A stretch of 63,319 bases of DNA, filler included, from Basidioascus undulatus (lineage: Eukaryota), in assembly GCA_000826855.1 (NCBI GenBank). It is 12 parts of 12 records of this genome, joined end to end, with 100 filler letters (N's around TTAATTAATTAA, not from the genome) between each part and the next. Parts side by side here need not be neighbours in the genome. Positions count along the whole stretch, not along the records: positions 49,333 to 52,755 come from JTLS01002418.1; positions 52,856 to 56,278 come from JTLS01002419.1; positions 56,379 to 59,800 come from JTLS01002420.1; positions 59,901 to 63,319 come from JTLS01002421.1; 8 more parts are not named here. The stretch is one strand, 5' to 3'. The notes beneath the pieces are model-generated. The model was not told the DNA's origin and did no database searches. It worked only from the letters and a program-made list of their open reading frames with translations. Shown one piece after another: positions 49,333 through 61,842 of this stretch (position 1 is the stretch's first letter; the number at the start of each line of letters is the position of its first letter). A program made the translations under genes and the position numbers.

Positions 49333-52268
49333 AGGTCGACTCGAACCGCTCCGACGCGTTCATCACGGCCGTCTCGGAGGCTGTCAACGGCGTTGAGAGG
49401 ACACCGACGGCGAAGGTGGTGTAGGTCTCTGGGGGCACTGTGGCGGTTGAACGGAAAGGACCGGTCAGTAGTTGCGTGAGAGAGGCGGGCAAGAAGCGAG
49501 ACGCTCACCGAGCAGCTCCCGAGCGCGCTGTTTGTCCCATCGCGCTGCAGGATCAATCCCCACGTATCAGCTGCTCACCCTCTTTCCAAGTCATCATGGC
49601 ATCCACGCACCTCCGACAATAGCGAAGTCCGCCGTGTCCCCAAATCCGGGAATGTAATCCCGCTTGAGCTGCAAGACCGCCCCGGTCAGCTTACGAGCCA
49701 CAGGACTACTGAATGCTACTGAAACGCACCTTGATCCACCGACTCGCACCGCCCTCGTTGTACCGCGCCAGAGCGGGCTTGATGACGAGGCCCTCTGCGA
49801 TGCGGCACGCATCGCTGCGTCATGGACTGGCTTGGGAGTGAAAGATGGAGCGGAGTAGGGACGAACCTTGCCGGTCGGCAATGACCTTCGCGTAGTGCTC
49901 TTGGAGCGCCTGCATGTGCCAGAATGTCGTCAGTACTGCACCTTTTGGAAACCAGTACAAGCCCCCGCAAACGTACCAGCACACCCTTCTCCGCATCCCG
50001 AAAGTCAATCATCCGGCGCTCAGCGAGCATGCTCTGCGCGCCCGTCGAAGCATCATATCAGCCCGCCGCCGCCTTAGACAGCGTGAAGGAAGCTTCCGGA
50101 CGCACCTGCCCCGGAACGACCCGTACGACGCGCTCGAGCGCCCGCCGTCGCTCGTCGTATGAGCGCTCGAGCAGGCTCTCCCCCTCGACAACGAGCACGT
50201 CGAAGAAGACGAGCGCGAGGTGGCGCGCACCGTGCGCGGGGCCCGAGTCGGGCTCTTGCCACTGCGACTGGGAGGAGTCGTCTTCGGCACTGAGAGGGCC
50301 GACCCACACTCTCAGTTTGGAAGACAAAGGGAAGAAAAGAGTTAAGAAAGAGTAAGAGGAAGAGGGAAGAGACGCACCCTCCCGACACCCGCCGCCAATC
50401 CCACCGCGCGTACCCGCCCGCCCCCTCCTGCTGCTCGAGCAGCGTCCGGATCCGCCAGAACTCGTCGACCTTCCCCGAGCGCTCATCGAACGCGACCATC
50501 TCCGCCTCGAATACTGCGCCGCCCTTGGTCCAGTCGACCTGGCCGGAGTCGGAGGAGGAGGAGGAGAAGGATATGGAGGAGGAGGCAAAGAGGGCAGCCC
50601 GAATGAGCGCGTGCGTCGCGAGGCGGTCGAGCGTCGAGTCGCGCTTGGATTTGGAGAAAATGCGGATTGTGGGTGCCGAGGAAGGGGAAGAGGGGGAGGG
50701 GAGGAGGTGGATCTGCATGCGCTCGCCTAGGGGCCCGAGCAAAACAAGTAAGGATCTGGTATGGGAAAGGAGGAAGGAAGGAAGAGGGAAAGAAGTGAAG
50801 ACACACCATCGTACTTCGTCTCGGCGTACACGACCGCGCGCCCGACCTGCCGCCCTACATGCACGCACGACTGGCCCTTCACGCACTTTGGGATCTGGCA
50901 CCACCAAGCCCCTCAACATTACCCAAAAAAAAAGGGGATGTGGAGGGAGGGGAGAGAGACAAGCGGGTGTTTGGGAGGAGGGGTGGAGAACGCACCTCCA
51001 TCGGCACCCCCAGCTCGGGCTGCAGCATTTCTCTGACGGCGTCCGGGTCCGCGTCCGCCGCGCGCGTAGGGAGGCGCTCGACGGCGTCGGCGGCGTGGTC
51101 GAGCGAGGCGCGGAGGCGGTAGATCCTGGTGCGCTCCCACACTATCAGTCAGTCTGTCGCTTGGACGAAATGAAGGGCGGGTGGGAAAGTGGGACGGGAA
51201 GGGAAGGGGGAGCTGACCTCGGCATAGTCCAATGCCACGCGCGCATCGCATCCCACTTGTCCAGCCGCGTGTACGCGGCAGACGTGTACTTAAGGAGGGC
51301 GGAGGAGCCGTGCGACGAGGGGGGCGGGTAGAGGAGCGGGGAGAGATCTTTGAGGATTATCTGCGGAGGCGTCCGTTCGTTCCAGTTCAGCCGAATTCAT
51401 CCAAGCAGAGCAGAGAAGAGAAAGGGAAAAGCGAAGAGAAGAGACGCAACTGACCTGCGTAAGCAACCCCGCGCTCGCGGGCGACAGGCCCGCGTACAGC
51501 TCGCGGAGGATCTCGACCTGCTTTCGAGGTTGGCGGGGAGGATCTGCGAGAGCTTTCCGCTGGTAAGCTGAGGTGGATGGGGTAGGGGGGCGTAAGGCAG
51601 GAGCAGGAACGTACGGCACGGTTCTCCCAGATTCGACCACTCTGAGTAAGACGCGAGCTCATCGAGGAGCAAGTCGACCTCGTGGATGGTCAAGTCCTTC
51701 GGGGCCTCACCCCTTTCAGGAGGGGAGTACTGCTCACACTAGCCTTATCAGCTTCCCCCTTCTCTCTCCCCTACCAAACAACAACAAGAAGTGAAGGAAA
51801 GAACGAAGGAAGCGACTCACCCCCTCCTCCAGCACCTCCCAAACCACTCTCCCCAAACACCCTCCTCCGCCGCTCTTCCACTCCCTCAACCTCGCGCCCC
51901 TCCCTCTCCTCTGATCCAGCCCCAGCGCGCCCGCGATCCGCGCGCACAAAAGCGTCTCCTTGAGGCCGTACCGCCTTCGGATGTCGTCGGCGGGGAAGAG
52001 CAGGCGGAAGAGGATCCGGCCGGTCCCGCTGGGGAGCGGGGAGGGGAGGGAGGAGAGGTAGTGCGTGAAGCGGAGGAGGGCGGGGTTGGGTGAGGAGCGG
52101 CGGGAGGAGGTGGTGGAAGAGGAAGGGGTAGGGGGGATGCGAGAGAGGGATGAGAGGAGGGTGCAGAAGCTGGAGATTTGGTCTGGTCAGCGTCTGCACG
52201 AGAAGGAAAGTAGGGAGAGGGACGCACTGTGCGAAGGGAATCGACCCCGGCAAGGACGGCGCGTCCAT
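49333..52268 (-). CDS. ATP-dependent DNA ligase (DNA ligase IV-like fungal paralog), 3'-truncated
   Basis: Motif I AETKYDG-ERMQIH; IRIFSKSKRDST; FEAEMVAF; LVFFDVL; EGLVIKP; LKRDYIPGFGDTADFAIVG. Confidence 0.88.
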
Positions 52269-52426
52269 CCGTGCGCGTCCTTCTTCCAAGAAAGCAAACG
52301 AAGGAGAATGGGGTGTTTAAATAGCGGGCGACATTGATATAACAGGCAGAGGTAGAGGACAGAGAGAGCATGGAAGAGGAACGAACATGGAAGGAAGAAC
52401 GCAAAGAAACGATCAATCGGGTCCAA

Positions 52427-52520
52427 CACGCGCCCGGACGCGTTCGTGTCATTTGCGACGTCGCGTCATTTGCGACGCGTGATTTCATTGCCTTTCTCAG
52501 CTTGTTCACAAGCGCGTCAC
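52427..52520. promoter_or_regulatory. Cluster of MCB-like (ACGCGT/CGCG) elements upstream of the DNA ligase
   Basis: ACGCGT at 52438-52443 and 52475-52480, additional CGCG cores, and a 13-nt direct repeat GTCATTTGCGACG (52448, 52465), about 170-250 nt upstream of the ATG. Confidence 0.5.
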
Positions 52521-53170
52521 AGCAAGAAAGAAGATGTGTGTATTGCGGTTTGTGAAGTGCGAGTGTATGATATGCATGGTGCGTATGTGCGTGTGTAAGA
52601 GGAGCGTGTGCGATGGTCGTGTCGTGTCGTGAAAGAAGGCAGCCTCAGGCCTCGCGCCAACCCCTGCCACCCTTCCAACCCAACCCTCTGCCCCTCTCTA
52701 GCCCTCCCTATCGCTGGAAGTTCATACTATACCCCCCCTACCCACCCCTCTGTGCNNNNNNNNNNNNNNNNNNNNNNNNNNNNNNNNNNNNNNNNNNNNT
52801 TAATTAATTAANNNNNNNNNNNNNNNNNNNNNNNNNNNNNNNNNNNNNNNNNNNNGTCGGCGCGTTTGGGCTGGCGGGCGGGCAGGGAGGGGCGTGCGGG
52901 AAGAGTGTGGCAGCCGGAGAGCCTCCTCGGCTTGCCATGGCTGCCACAGTTGGATACTTTGAACTTGTGACTGTGCGAATTTCCCACTACAAATTGGTTG
53001 CATGGACCGACGCACCAAGCGTCTCATCTCGTTTACGCCATCGAGTGGCGATGATGCTGCAGCGCTGTCAGGGATCGTGCGGGCTTGGTGCGCCATGGCG
53101 TGGTCTGGTTCTTGTTCTTTCTTGGTTTTGCTTTATCAGACCCGTGGCTTGGGTCGTGCGCGCTCCTCAG

Positions 53171-53763
53171 TGGCCGAGTGGTGCGAGGCCACTTAATTGC
53201 CAACGCAGGTGGGGGCAGGGAGCTTGACAGGTATGCGACCCTGTCAGGGGTCTGATCGAATCGTCGCCTTTCTCGCAGATGTGGACGCGCTTTCCATGAC
53301 CTTTTCACTTTCCCCCTCTTTTACCCCCTGTATTGTTGCCCCAATACATTGTAATGTTATACTTTCAGAATATAGGCTCAAAGAGGCTGCAATACTAGGT
53401 AGATCCATCAGGAGAGCCGTTCAAAGTGTGGCCTTTTGGGCACTTGGCGCTGCGAAACCTGCGCCCTGGGCTCACCAAGTGGCCAGATTCAACCCTTTGT
53501 TAAACAGCACACAATGACTCTGAGAGGCCCATAGTGGTCTCAGTTGAAGCCTGTACATGGAATATTGACATCCAGGCCTCAGAATGACTTGTCGCTATGA
53601 AGCGAAAGCGCAAAAGGCAAGGAAAGTGAAGGCAGCGAAAGAAGTGGTTGGACATCTCCGCGCGAAGACCCCCCAATTCGATCAAACCCCCGGACGCACG
53701 ATACCTGTCAAACTCCTTGTCACCAGCTGTTTTGGCAAATAATGGCCTCGCACCACTGGGCCA
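53171..53763. repeat. Diverged ~90-bp inverted repeat (53171-53261 vs 53676-53763)
   Basis: Both copies read TGGCCnAGTGGTGCGAGGCCA..TTGCCAA..CAG.TGG..CA.GGAG.TTGACAGGTAT....GGGGT.TGATCGAAT. Confidence 0.75.
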
Positions 53764-54051
53764 GCGCGCCCCTTTCACATCCTTTGAATTTTGACTTGGC
53801 AAGTGACACGCGTCAATATACTATTTTTCCATGCGGCGAACGCTATGCGCTGCAAATTATCGGACGGACAGTAGAGTGCGTCAGCATCGGCAAGGACGAA
53901 GAAATGGGTCAATGTAAATGTGAGGTGAAAAGCACGCACCTGCCCAATCCCTTAGTGGACAGACTACGCGAACCATCCATCTGTGAGCGTGCGCCGCGGT
54001 GGAAGGACGACACGCTCTGCGGGATCGGATGGGTGGTAAGGTGGTGAGCGG

Positions 54052-54084
54052 TGATGAGCTTTTGATGAGCTTTTGATGAGCTTT
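54052..54084 (+). repeat. Minisatellite (TGATGAGCTTT)x3
   Basis: Three exact 11-nt tandem units. Confidence 0.85.
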
Positions 54085-56020
54085 TCAGGGAAGATTACAC
54101 ACCGATGTTGAACTCGGTGACTGGGACTATATTTAGGCATGATATGATCAGGGCAGGGAGAGAATCAGCGGTTGGACAAAAACAACGGTAAACGACGCCC
54201 CTCCGAACGTCCCTCGCAAGATCTTGCCCGCGCCAGGCTTGCAGGAGAAGACGCACATTGCACTGATGGCCCTATTGCACGACGTGGCCGTGGTGAAAAG
54301 CGATTGTAACGTTAGCGACGGTGAGCTGAGATGGTGGGGGAGAGAAAAAGAACGCGTCGTGTGATATGCTCACGACGCGGTGCACAAACGTGCACGAATT
54401 GCAGCCATTCCGGCACATTTCCCAAGCCTCGCTGCACTCGGTGACACAACGCCATGGCTTGCTGTCAAACCTAGTTGCCCTTCCACCGGGAAGAAACGCA
54501 AAGACACAAATTATCTTTCCACTACTGCGGAAGCGATCTGAAATCTTGTCCGCTTGGGAGCGGGACGGACGATGATCGCAAGGTGAGTCGCTCGGGCGTC
54601 TTGTCGCTTTGGCTCTGGTCCATGAAGCGGGGGGGAGGGGACGGATGGCGGACGTGCGGTATGGTGTGGATCGGATCGGCTGCAGTAGAACGGGGATACT
54701 GTTTAGATGGGAAAACTGCGCTTGTGGAGGCTGCTGCCAATTGAAGCGCGGCAGCTTATGGCTCGCGGGGCGGGCGTGGACGGATCCTCGCACCCCGCCT
54801 GCTGTGCCTGCCTGCGCGATCACCACCAACATACTCATAATCCCTGTCCGCCAGCCCTGTCCTGCCCTGCCCTGCCACGCCGCCATATTATGTGGATCCG
54901 AACTGATTCCCGTTCCCGGTTTGGGGTGGTGCGCTGTCGCCGCGTTCAACGTGCCGCCCCGCCCCGCGCGTTTGACGCCCTGCGGCTCAGGCCTGATCGT
55001 TTGTACTCTGATTTTGATGCTGCCCCTGCCCCGCCCCTGCACCCCTTTGCACGAATTTACGCATTTGCGGTTGAGTCTGTCCGTCATCATCATCCATCGC
55101 CCATACTTTCACGCCCCTTTCACACCCACCCCCACGCCATTCCCCTTTCCACCGCTGAGCATCCCCCCCCTTCTCCCCATAGAGCGTTGCCAAGTCGACG
55201 TTCGGCGTACCCCCATCGCCCCGCCTCTGCTCTCCGCCAGGCGCAGCATAGCGCCACCGCGCATCAGCATCCACGCCACGCCGGCCGCGATACTGGGAGT
55301 GGGCGAGACTGAGTCTTGATCCGTCTTATCCGTAAGTCAGAGGCTGCGTTCGGCTCCTTTCGCGCCGCGTCTGAGCCAGCATCCGAACCCTCCTCCCCGT
55401 TGCAGCAATATTCACCCGCTAAATCGATCCATCCGCCCCCCTTTGCGCATTCCATTCGATTCAGTTCGAGTTCCATCTCCATCCACCCCGCCCACATCCA
55501 CACGCCCACACCCTCCTCAACTCTCTACCCCGCCCTACGCACGCACCGCGTTTCCCTCCGCCGTTCTCCCCCTGCGCATACCGCACCGCGTGCCGCAGTC
55601 ATCCGCGACAGCGGTAGCAGAGCATCGCGAGCACGCCGAGCCGAGTGCAGCGGAGCCCAGGAGAGCCCCGGACGGACGCACACCACCCAGCCCAGTCTGC
55701 GACCCCACCTCCCTCCCGCTTTCCGCGTCCCGGCGCCTGTCCTAATTCCATCCTCACTAAGCGTCCTCTTGACCGCCACCGCCACGGCCGCTGCTGCCCG
55801 CACGCTTTCGTCAATGATCCACCTCCCCGCCATCGCAGCACTCGCTCACCACAAGTCGCCGTTCGCCCACTCGGCCCTGTCCTCGTCTTCCTCCTCCTCT
55901 TCGATCCTCTCTTGTGCGTCATAACTTCCATATGCTTCGAAGAGTGAGCCAGGGATTGGTACGGCAGGTAGCTGACAGTGGGCGAGCTGGGCGGCACACA
56001 CAGGCTGCAGCAGGTCGGGG

Positions 56021-56278
56021 ATGCAGCGCTACAACCCCGTACCCGAGGAGGCGCCTCAGCAGCAAGTGCGGGACAACGCCATGGGCATCTTGACGAGGCT
56101 CGACGTCGGGCTCGAGCCGAGGCCGAGGGCGGCGGGGGCGGGGGCGGACTGGACGCAGCTGCCGCAGTACGCGCAGCCGCAACCGCAACATCCCCATCCC
56201 CACTCCCAACACCACCAGCTCCCGCCCCCGCATCGCCCGTCGTGGCGCCCCTGCAGCGCCTGCCGCCCCTCCCGCGCG
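56021..56278 (+). CDS. Possible N-terminus of a Q/H/P-rich protein, truncated by gap
   Basis: MQRYNPVPEE...QPQPQHPHPHSQHH with GC3 bias, downstream of a pyrimidine-rich leader and an apparent 5'-UTR intron. Confidence 0.35.
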
Positions 56279-56629
56279 NNNNNNNNNNNNNNNNNNNNNN
56301 NNNNNNNNNNNNNNNNNNNNNNTTAATTAATTAANNNNNNNNNNNNNNNNNNNNNNNNNNNNNNNNNNNNNNNNNNNNGGTAGATGAGTTAATGGGTCAG
56401 TGAAGTGAGGACACCTCACCGCTCCGCTCGCAAGCTCGCTCCGGGATTCGGCGTGTGTTGAGGCATGCGGCGAGTGGCGGCACTGCCCGAATCAGTGGCA
56501 GTCGAGGATGGATGAGCAGGTGCTCTCTCTTTTCGCGACGGCGTGCTCTTCGTCCCTTCCTCAGACCTACGCCTCCCGCGCCGCACCGCAAGAGACGAAA
56601 GGGAAAAAGAAACGTAATGCAAACCCTCC

Positions 56630-58237
56630 CTACTTCTTCCCGCCCCCGCCTCCCTTCCCCTTCCCCTTCCCACCGATCCCCTTGCCCTCAAAGCCGGCCC
56701 GCTTCTTGCCCCCACCCGCACCACCCGCCTTCTTCCCGCCGGCGCCCTTGCCGAGGCGCTTGGCCTTGCGCGCCTCGTTGCGCGATGCGATGTTGTCCTG
56801 GCGCTTCTTTTGCGCGACCGCCATCGACTTGGTGAGCTGCTCTTTGCGGTCGGCCCTGTGGGGGAGGGAGAGGAGTGGGGGCGCGTTAGCGGGGAGGATA
56901 GAGAGGGGAGGAAGAAGGAATGTTGGGGGAGAAGGTAGTTGGGGAAAACGGGAGGAGGTATAGAGGAAAGACGGGATGGGGACGGGAAAGGGAAGATAGA
57001 GCAGGACGCACCACTCCTTCGCGCTCCTCTGCTTCTCCTTCTCCTTCCGCTTAACAGCCTTCTTCAGCCGTCCCTCATCGTCCCTAACCTTCTCGCCCCC
57101 GGCCCTAGCCTCCGCAGCGCGCCACCTCTCACGCTCCTCCGCGCTCTGCTTGGCCTCGCCGTCGAGCGCAGCGAGCTTCGCCTTCTTGCTCGCGAGCTGC
57201 GCGAGCGCGGCCTTAGGGTCGGAGGGGCCGCGCAGCTTGTGCGAGGTCGCGGGGGCGGTGGAGCCGAGCGTTTTGTGGTGTAGGGCTGAGAACTGGAGGG
57301 TGGGCCCGGAGGAGGCGGAGGGGCCGGTGGAGGCGCTGGGGCCGGCGCGAGGGGGCGCGACGGCTTCGAGAAGGGCCTGGGGGGGGGTCGAATGCAATGA
57401 GTACAAGTCCAGAGGAACGACGTCAAGAAGCGGGGAAGGGAGAAAGCGGAGAAGGGAGAAACCCACCTTGCCCGTGTTCCCCTGCCCCTGCCTCCTCTCC
57501 GCCTTCCGCTCCCTCCTCCGCCGATCGCGCATCTCCCCGCGCTTCCTCCTCCGCTCCTCAAGGAGCGCGTCCTTGCTCTCGTCTGCGGGGTCAAACCCCC
57601 CACGCCGGCGCTGGAAGAACGCGATCCGGCCGTGCAGCTTCGCGCGCAGGGCGGTGATGCTCGTTGGGGCCGCCATGGGCTTGAGGAGGGCGGAAGAGGG
57701 AGTGGTGGTAGAGGGGGAGTCCTCGGCCTCGGAGAACTCGTCGGCGATGTCGGAGAAGCCGGGCTCGTTGGGAGAGTCGGAAGCGTCGTCGGATGCGTCG
57801 GAGCGGGCGGAGGCGGCGTCGGGAGCGGAGGAGGCGGATGCGAGTGCCGCGGCCTTTTCGGCGTTCAGCTGAGGGATCGTCTTGGCGTTGGCGGGGTCGA
57901 GCTGGGAGAAAGGGAGATGGGGTGTCAGTAACGTGCGGCAAGGGTAGTCTGGAGAGCCAATGCGGCAGCAAGCCAGCGTCTTCGCCAACTTCAACTCCTC
58001 GCCCGCCGTCCGATCTCGAGCTGCTGGGCATGAACACACCTTAGCCCTCTTGGCCTCCCCACGCTTCTCCTTCCTCCTAAGCGCCTCAGCCTGCTCGTCG
58101 GCCTTCTTCCTCTTGTTCTTGAGGTACTTCGAGTCGTGCTCGGCGTCGTCGGTGACGATGTAGTACTGCGCGGGGATGAGCGAGAGCAGCTTCTCGAACG
58201 ACGCGTTGTGCGCCGTGAGTGAGGGGAGGAGCGCCAT
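56630..58237 (-). CDS. RRP14: Ribosome biogenesis protein Rrp14/SURF6
   Basis: [70 protein letters not shown]. Confidence 0.92.
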   Translation of the reverse strand: MALLPSLTAHNASFEKLLSLIPAQYYIVTDDAEHDSKYLKNKRKKADEQAEALRRKEKRGEAKRAKVCSCPAARDRTAGEELKLAKTLACCRIGSPDYPCRTLLTPHLPFSQLDPANAKTIPQLNAEKAAALASASSAPDAASARSDASDDASDSPNEPGFSDIADEFSEAEDSPSTTTPSSALLKPMAAPTSITALRAKLHGRIAFFQRRRGGFDPADESKDALLEERRRKRGEMRDRRRRERKAERRQGQGNTGKVGFSLLRFLPSPLLDVVPLDLYSLHSTPPQALLEAVAPPRAGPSASTGPSASSGPTLQFSALHHKTLGSTAPATSHKLRGPSDPKAALAQLASKKAKLAALDGEAKQSAEERERWRAAEARAGGEKVRDDEGRLKKAVKRKEKEKQRSAKEWCVLLYLPFPVPIPSFLYTSSRFPQLPSPPTFLLPPLSILPANAPPLLSLPHRADRKEQLTKSMAVAQKKRQDNIASRNEARKAKRLGKGAGGKKAGGAGGGKKRAGFEGKGIGGKGKGKGGGGGKK

Positions 58238-58512
58238 GATGGCGGTGTGAGGGTGTAGGGTGTAGGGAGTGGGATGGAGTGAGGAGGGGAAGGTCGACGA
58301 GGATCAAGTTCAAGTTTCTGTGGGGTTAGGTATGGATGCAAATGCGGGATAGGATACTTGTAGTAGCCGCAACACACCTATCCCGCCCTGCGTCCCAAGG
58401 TCGCTCTCGCCGTCATCGTCGTTCTCCAGCTCATTCTCCCAACGCCGCACGCACAACGCTCAAGGGGAACCTACAAAATTCTTTCAGCCTCTGTTTCCCG
58501 CCGCCCGTCGCG

Positions 58513-59800
58513 ATGGAGATCGACTTCAACGACTACAAGACCTCGTCCGGCAATCAGCAGGCCAGGCCTCGCCTTAGCCAGCAGGCTGCCGACGACTTTG
58601 ATCTTGAGGCGTATGCTTCCAATTACCAGGGTGAGCCGGAGAGTGCACCGTATTTCACTCCCGTGCAGATTGAGGGCAGGGCGGGCGATGAGGCGGCGAA
58701 GGGGCGCTGTGGACGGGCTGGTCGTGTGTGCCTGCGTACCCACCGTCTACGAAGGATACTAGCACCGCAAGTCCATACGTAGAACATAGAATTGGTTGCT
58801 GACGTCCTTATCACTCTCCAGGACGCACCCTCCTCTCCCGGCTTCTCTTCATCCCCTCCCTCTCGCCGCCCTCTCTCGCGGCGCATGCCTACCGCCTCGC
58901 CCTCCCGCTCCTCACCTCCTCCACGCTCGACACGCAGACGTACCTCTCCGCTATCGCCGCGCACAACGCGCTCGTGCCCCCCTCCGAGGCGATCGCGGCC
59001 GACAGCGCGTGGGTCGACGACGCGGGGCGCAAGGCCAGGCAGGAGACGGACAAGCTCGAGGTGGAGCTCAAGGGGTATCTGAACAATCTGATTAAGGAGT
59101 CGATTCGGGTGAGGGGGGGTGACTTGGGGGACGATGTGGTGGAGTGAAGGATGCTGATGCGCGGGAGGGACGAAAGATGGGGTACCACGCCCTCGCGGAC
59201 CACAACCGCCAGTGCGGCGAGCTCCAGAACGCGCTCAAGGCGTACATGAAGACGCGCGACCACTGCTCGACCTCCGCGCACGTCCTCGAGATGTGCATGG
59301 CCGTGATCGAAGTCCGTCTCTTCTCATCCCCCATCCCTACCTCCTTCCTCCTTCCCCTCCTCCCGCTCACCCCCGCCACGCAGGTCTCGCTCGAGCTCCG
59401 CAACTACTCGCACATTCGCAACTTCCTGGTCAAAGCCGAAGCGGCTTTGGATGTGAAACCCTCCACGACCTCCGCCCCCCCGACCGCCAAGCAGCTCAAA
59501 GACCGCGCGGACGCGCAGCTGAAGCTGGCGCTGTCCTCGGGCGTCGCGCATCTAGGGCAAGGGCAGTACGCGAAAGCCGCGCGCGCGCTGACGGACCTGC
59601 CTGCGCCCGCGTCGGACGTCAGCGGGTGGGCCGTCACACCCGCCGACGTCGCGCTTTATGCGACGCTGTGCGCACTGGCGACGTTTGGGAGGAATGAGAT
59701 TAAGGGGAGACTGTTGGATAATGCGCAGTTTAGGGCGATGGCAGCGGAGCGTTGCTTAGGGCCGGGCTGGCGTGCGACTAGAAAGGATAGGAAGAGGGAG
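58513..59800 (+). CDS. CSN1: COP9 signalosome subunit 1 (GPS1), 3'-truncated
   Basis: FDLEAYASNYQG-RTLLSRLLFI; DKLEVELKGYLNNLIKESIR-MG; ALKAYMKTRDHC; DVALYATLCALATFGRNEIK. Confidence 0.92.
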
Positions 59801-61560
59801 NNNNNNNNNNNNNNNNNNNNNNNNNNNNNNNNNNNNNNNNNNNNTTAATTAATTAANNNNNNNNNNNNNNNNNNNNNNNNNNNNNNNNNNNNNNNNNNNN
59901 GGAAAGGGTGAGAGCGTAAAATGAGGTGGCAAGGTTTGACAGTTGTCGAGGATTGAATGTTTGTTAAGACGTTCATGACAGTGATTGCCTATAGTTGTGA
60001 TCAGTGCACTGAACTAAATGGCTTTTCACCATCATGTAGATGAATGTTTTACAACTCAATTGACATCCCTAAGCAGTTGTAAAATCAGGCAAATGATGGA
60101 TCCGTGGCTCACACTTCTGAAGTGAGGTTTCTAACTGTCTCTGAAAAACAGCCTGTGTCTGCTATGGAGTGCTATTGATCAGAGCATTTGGGCTTGTCTT
60201 CACTCAAACCTCATTCTGTCCACTACCAGCTCAGTGCAACCTGGGCAGGGTGACAGGACAGAAAGAAACCCCTGCAAGTTGTGTCACACACTGGAGCTGC
60301 TGACTAGCAGAAACATGCATATCTTGAAACCCACAGCCTGTTCTGCAGTGTCTTTACATGGGAAGACCCCCAAAGGTTGCAAACTACGTGCTCCTTACGA
60401 GCTTAAGGATTTCTGATGGTTAAAGTTCTGCAGTGTATGTCCTGCACTGTTCTGAACGCAATAGCGGCACACTGCAAGATACACTAACTATATAATAATT
60501 TCCTGCAACGCCGCCTTAACTCTTCTTCTTTTCATGGCGATAGATCTGCATTTCATCTAGAATCGAAGCTTGCCAAAGCTGCCGGGCTTCGCAAGCCGAG
60601 CCCGAGACATGGCAGGTCGCTGCCAGCTGCGCCTTGAGTCGAGTCACGCCGGGTCCGATCTCAACTTCTTCATGGACCAGGACCAGTTGCTCCTTCGATG
60701 TGGCTTTCGATTTTTGTCGACGGAAAGAAAGCATCTGGGCCGGGTCTACGCATGTTCGACTTGAACTGTGCAACACATTTTTGACACTCACGGAGTGTCG
60801 CGTGGTCAACCTTATCTAGAGGGTCACGGCGTCCATGCATGCACCCGTGACTTTCCTAGTAAACGTGGACAATAAGTAGCATGGCTAAGATGCAGCTCAT
60901 TGCGGTGCAGACTGCAGTGCAGCGATGGCGACGTTCCCAGTGTGCGTACTGTATCGATAATAGAGAGCCCGCTTGAGCGAATTGGGAGAAAAGATCGCTC
61001 GCTTCTCGCGCGCCTCTTGTCCTCCGCCCTCACCTTCGTCGTCGTCGACACCCGCCCCCCGTCCGGTCACCCCGCGCTCGCCTTTCTAGAGCGCCTCTAG
61101 GTCAGTCGCAGCCCTTTCTGTTGCGACGTACGAGCGCAGTTTCAGGCGTTCGGCTCCCCCTCGCCTTTGCATAGTGCTGACTCGATTCCGTCGTTCGACG
61201 TGATTGGCTCGTTCGAACGACGCAGGCCCGCCAGGCCGTATTCGACCGTAGACCGTCCTCATTCCGCATCAAAGCCCATCTTATCTACCGCAAGATTGCC
61301 GTCATGTGCGTACCGCGTCCATTCGCCGCTGTCGCGACCGCACACATGCTGACGGTGCATGTGTTGGATGCGAACAGGTACCGCCTTTAAGGTACGGTCT
61401 GCATCTCCCGGTCTTATGTGGAGCGAGCCATCAGGGCTGAACCCGGTCGTGCGCTCCCCCATCTGCAGCATTTCGACGTTACCGAGCCCGGACATTCCCA
61501 CCCAGGATGCCCAACCCAGCACGCCTTTCGAAGCCAGCCAGCTTCGCTCTCCCTCTCAAC

Positions 61561-61842
61561 ATGACCCGTTAGCCGCCCCCGCCGCTCTGCCTCCGGGCCC
61601 CTCGCCTTCTTCCCCCCCATCCCAACACGCCCTTCTCGCCCATCATGGCATGCCAACTTCTCTCCCCAAACCGCCCCCTCGAACCCGCCCTTCGCACTTT
61701 CTTGCTTCGCTCTATCGCCAACCTCGCCAGCCCCCGCGCAAACGACCGTTCTTCTCCGACTTCACCTTCGACTCCTGCCTCGCCCCAATGTCTTCTGCCC
61801 CGCACACGTTCCACATCGTCCCCGAAAAGCCACACGATCTGA
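61561..61842 (+). promoter_or_regulatory. uORF1 (ATG ACC CGT TAG, 61561-61572) and out-of-frame uORF2 (61645-61842) in the GCN4/CpcA leader
   Basis: A 3-codon uORF followed by a longer +1-frame uORF that overlaps the in-frame ATGs at 61650 and 61788 and ends just before ATG 61848. Confidence 0.7.

Noticed and set aside
54052..54084. TGATGA repeats as snoRNA C boxes or a hammerhead core
   Set aside because: No matching terminal stem with a D box, or CTGATGA/GAAA core; simple slippage repeat.
54272..55924. Long ORFs in the 54.3-55.9 kb region
   Set aside because: GC-rich promoter or 5'-UTR-like low-complexity DNA with no codon bias or motifs.
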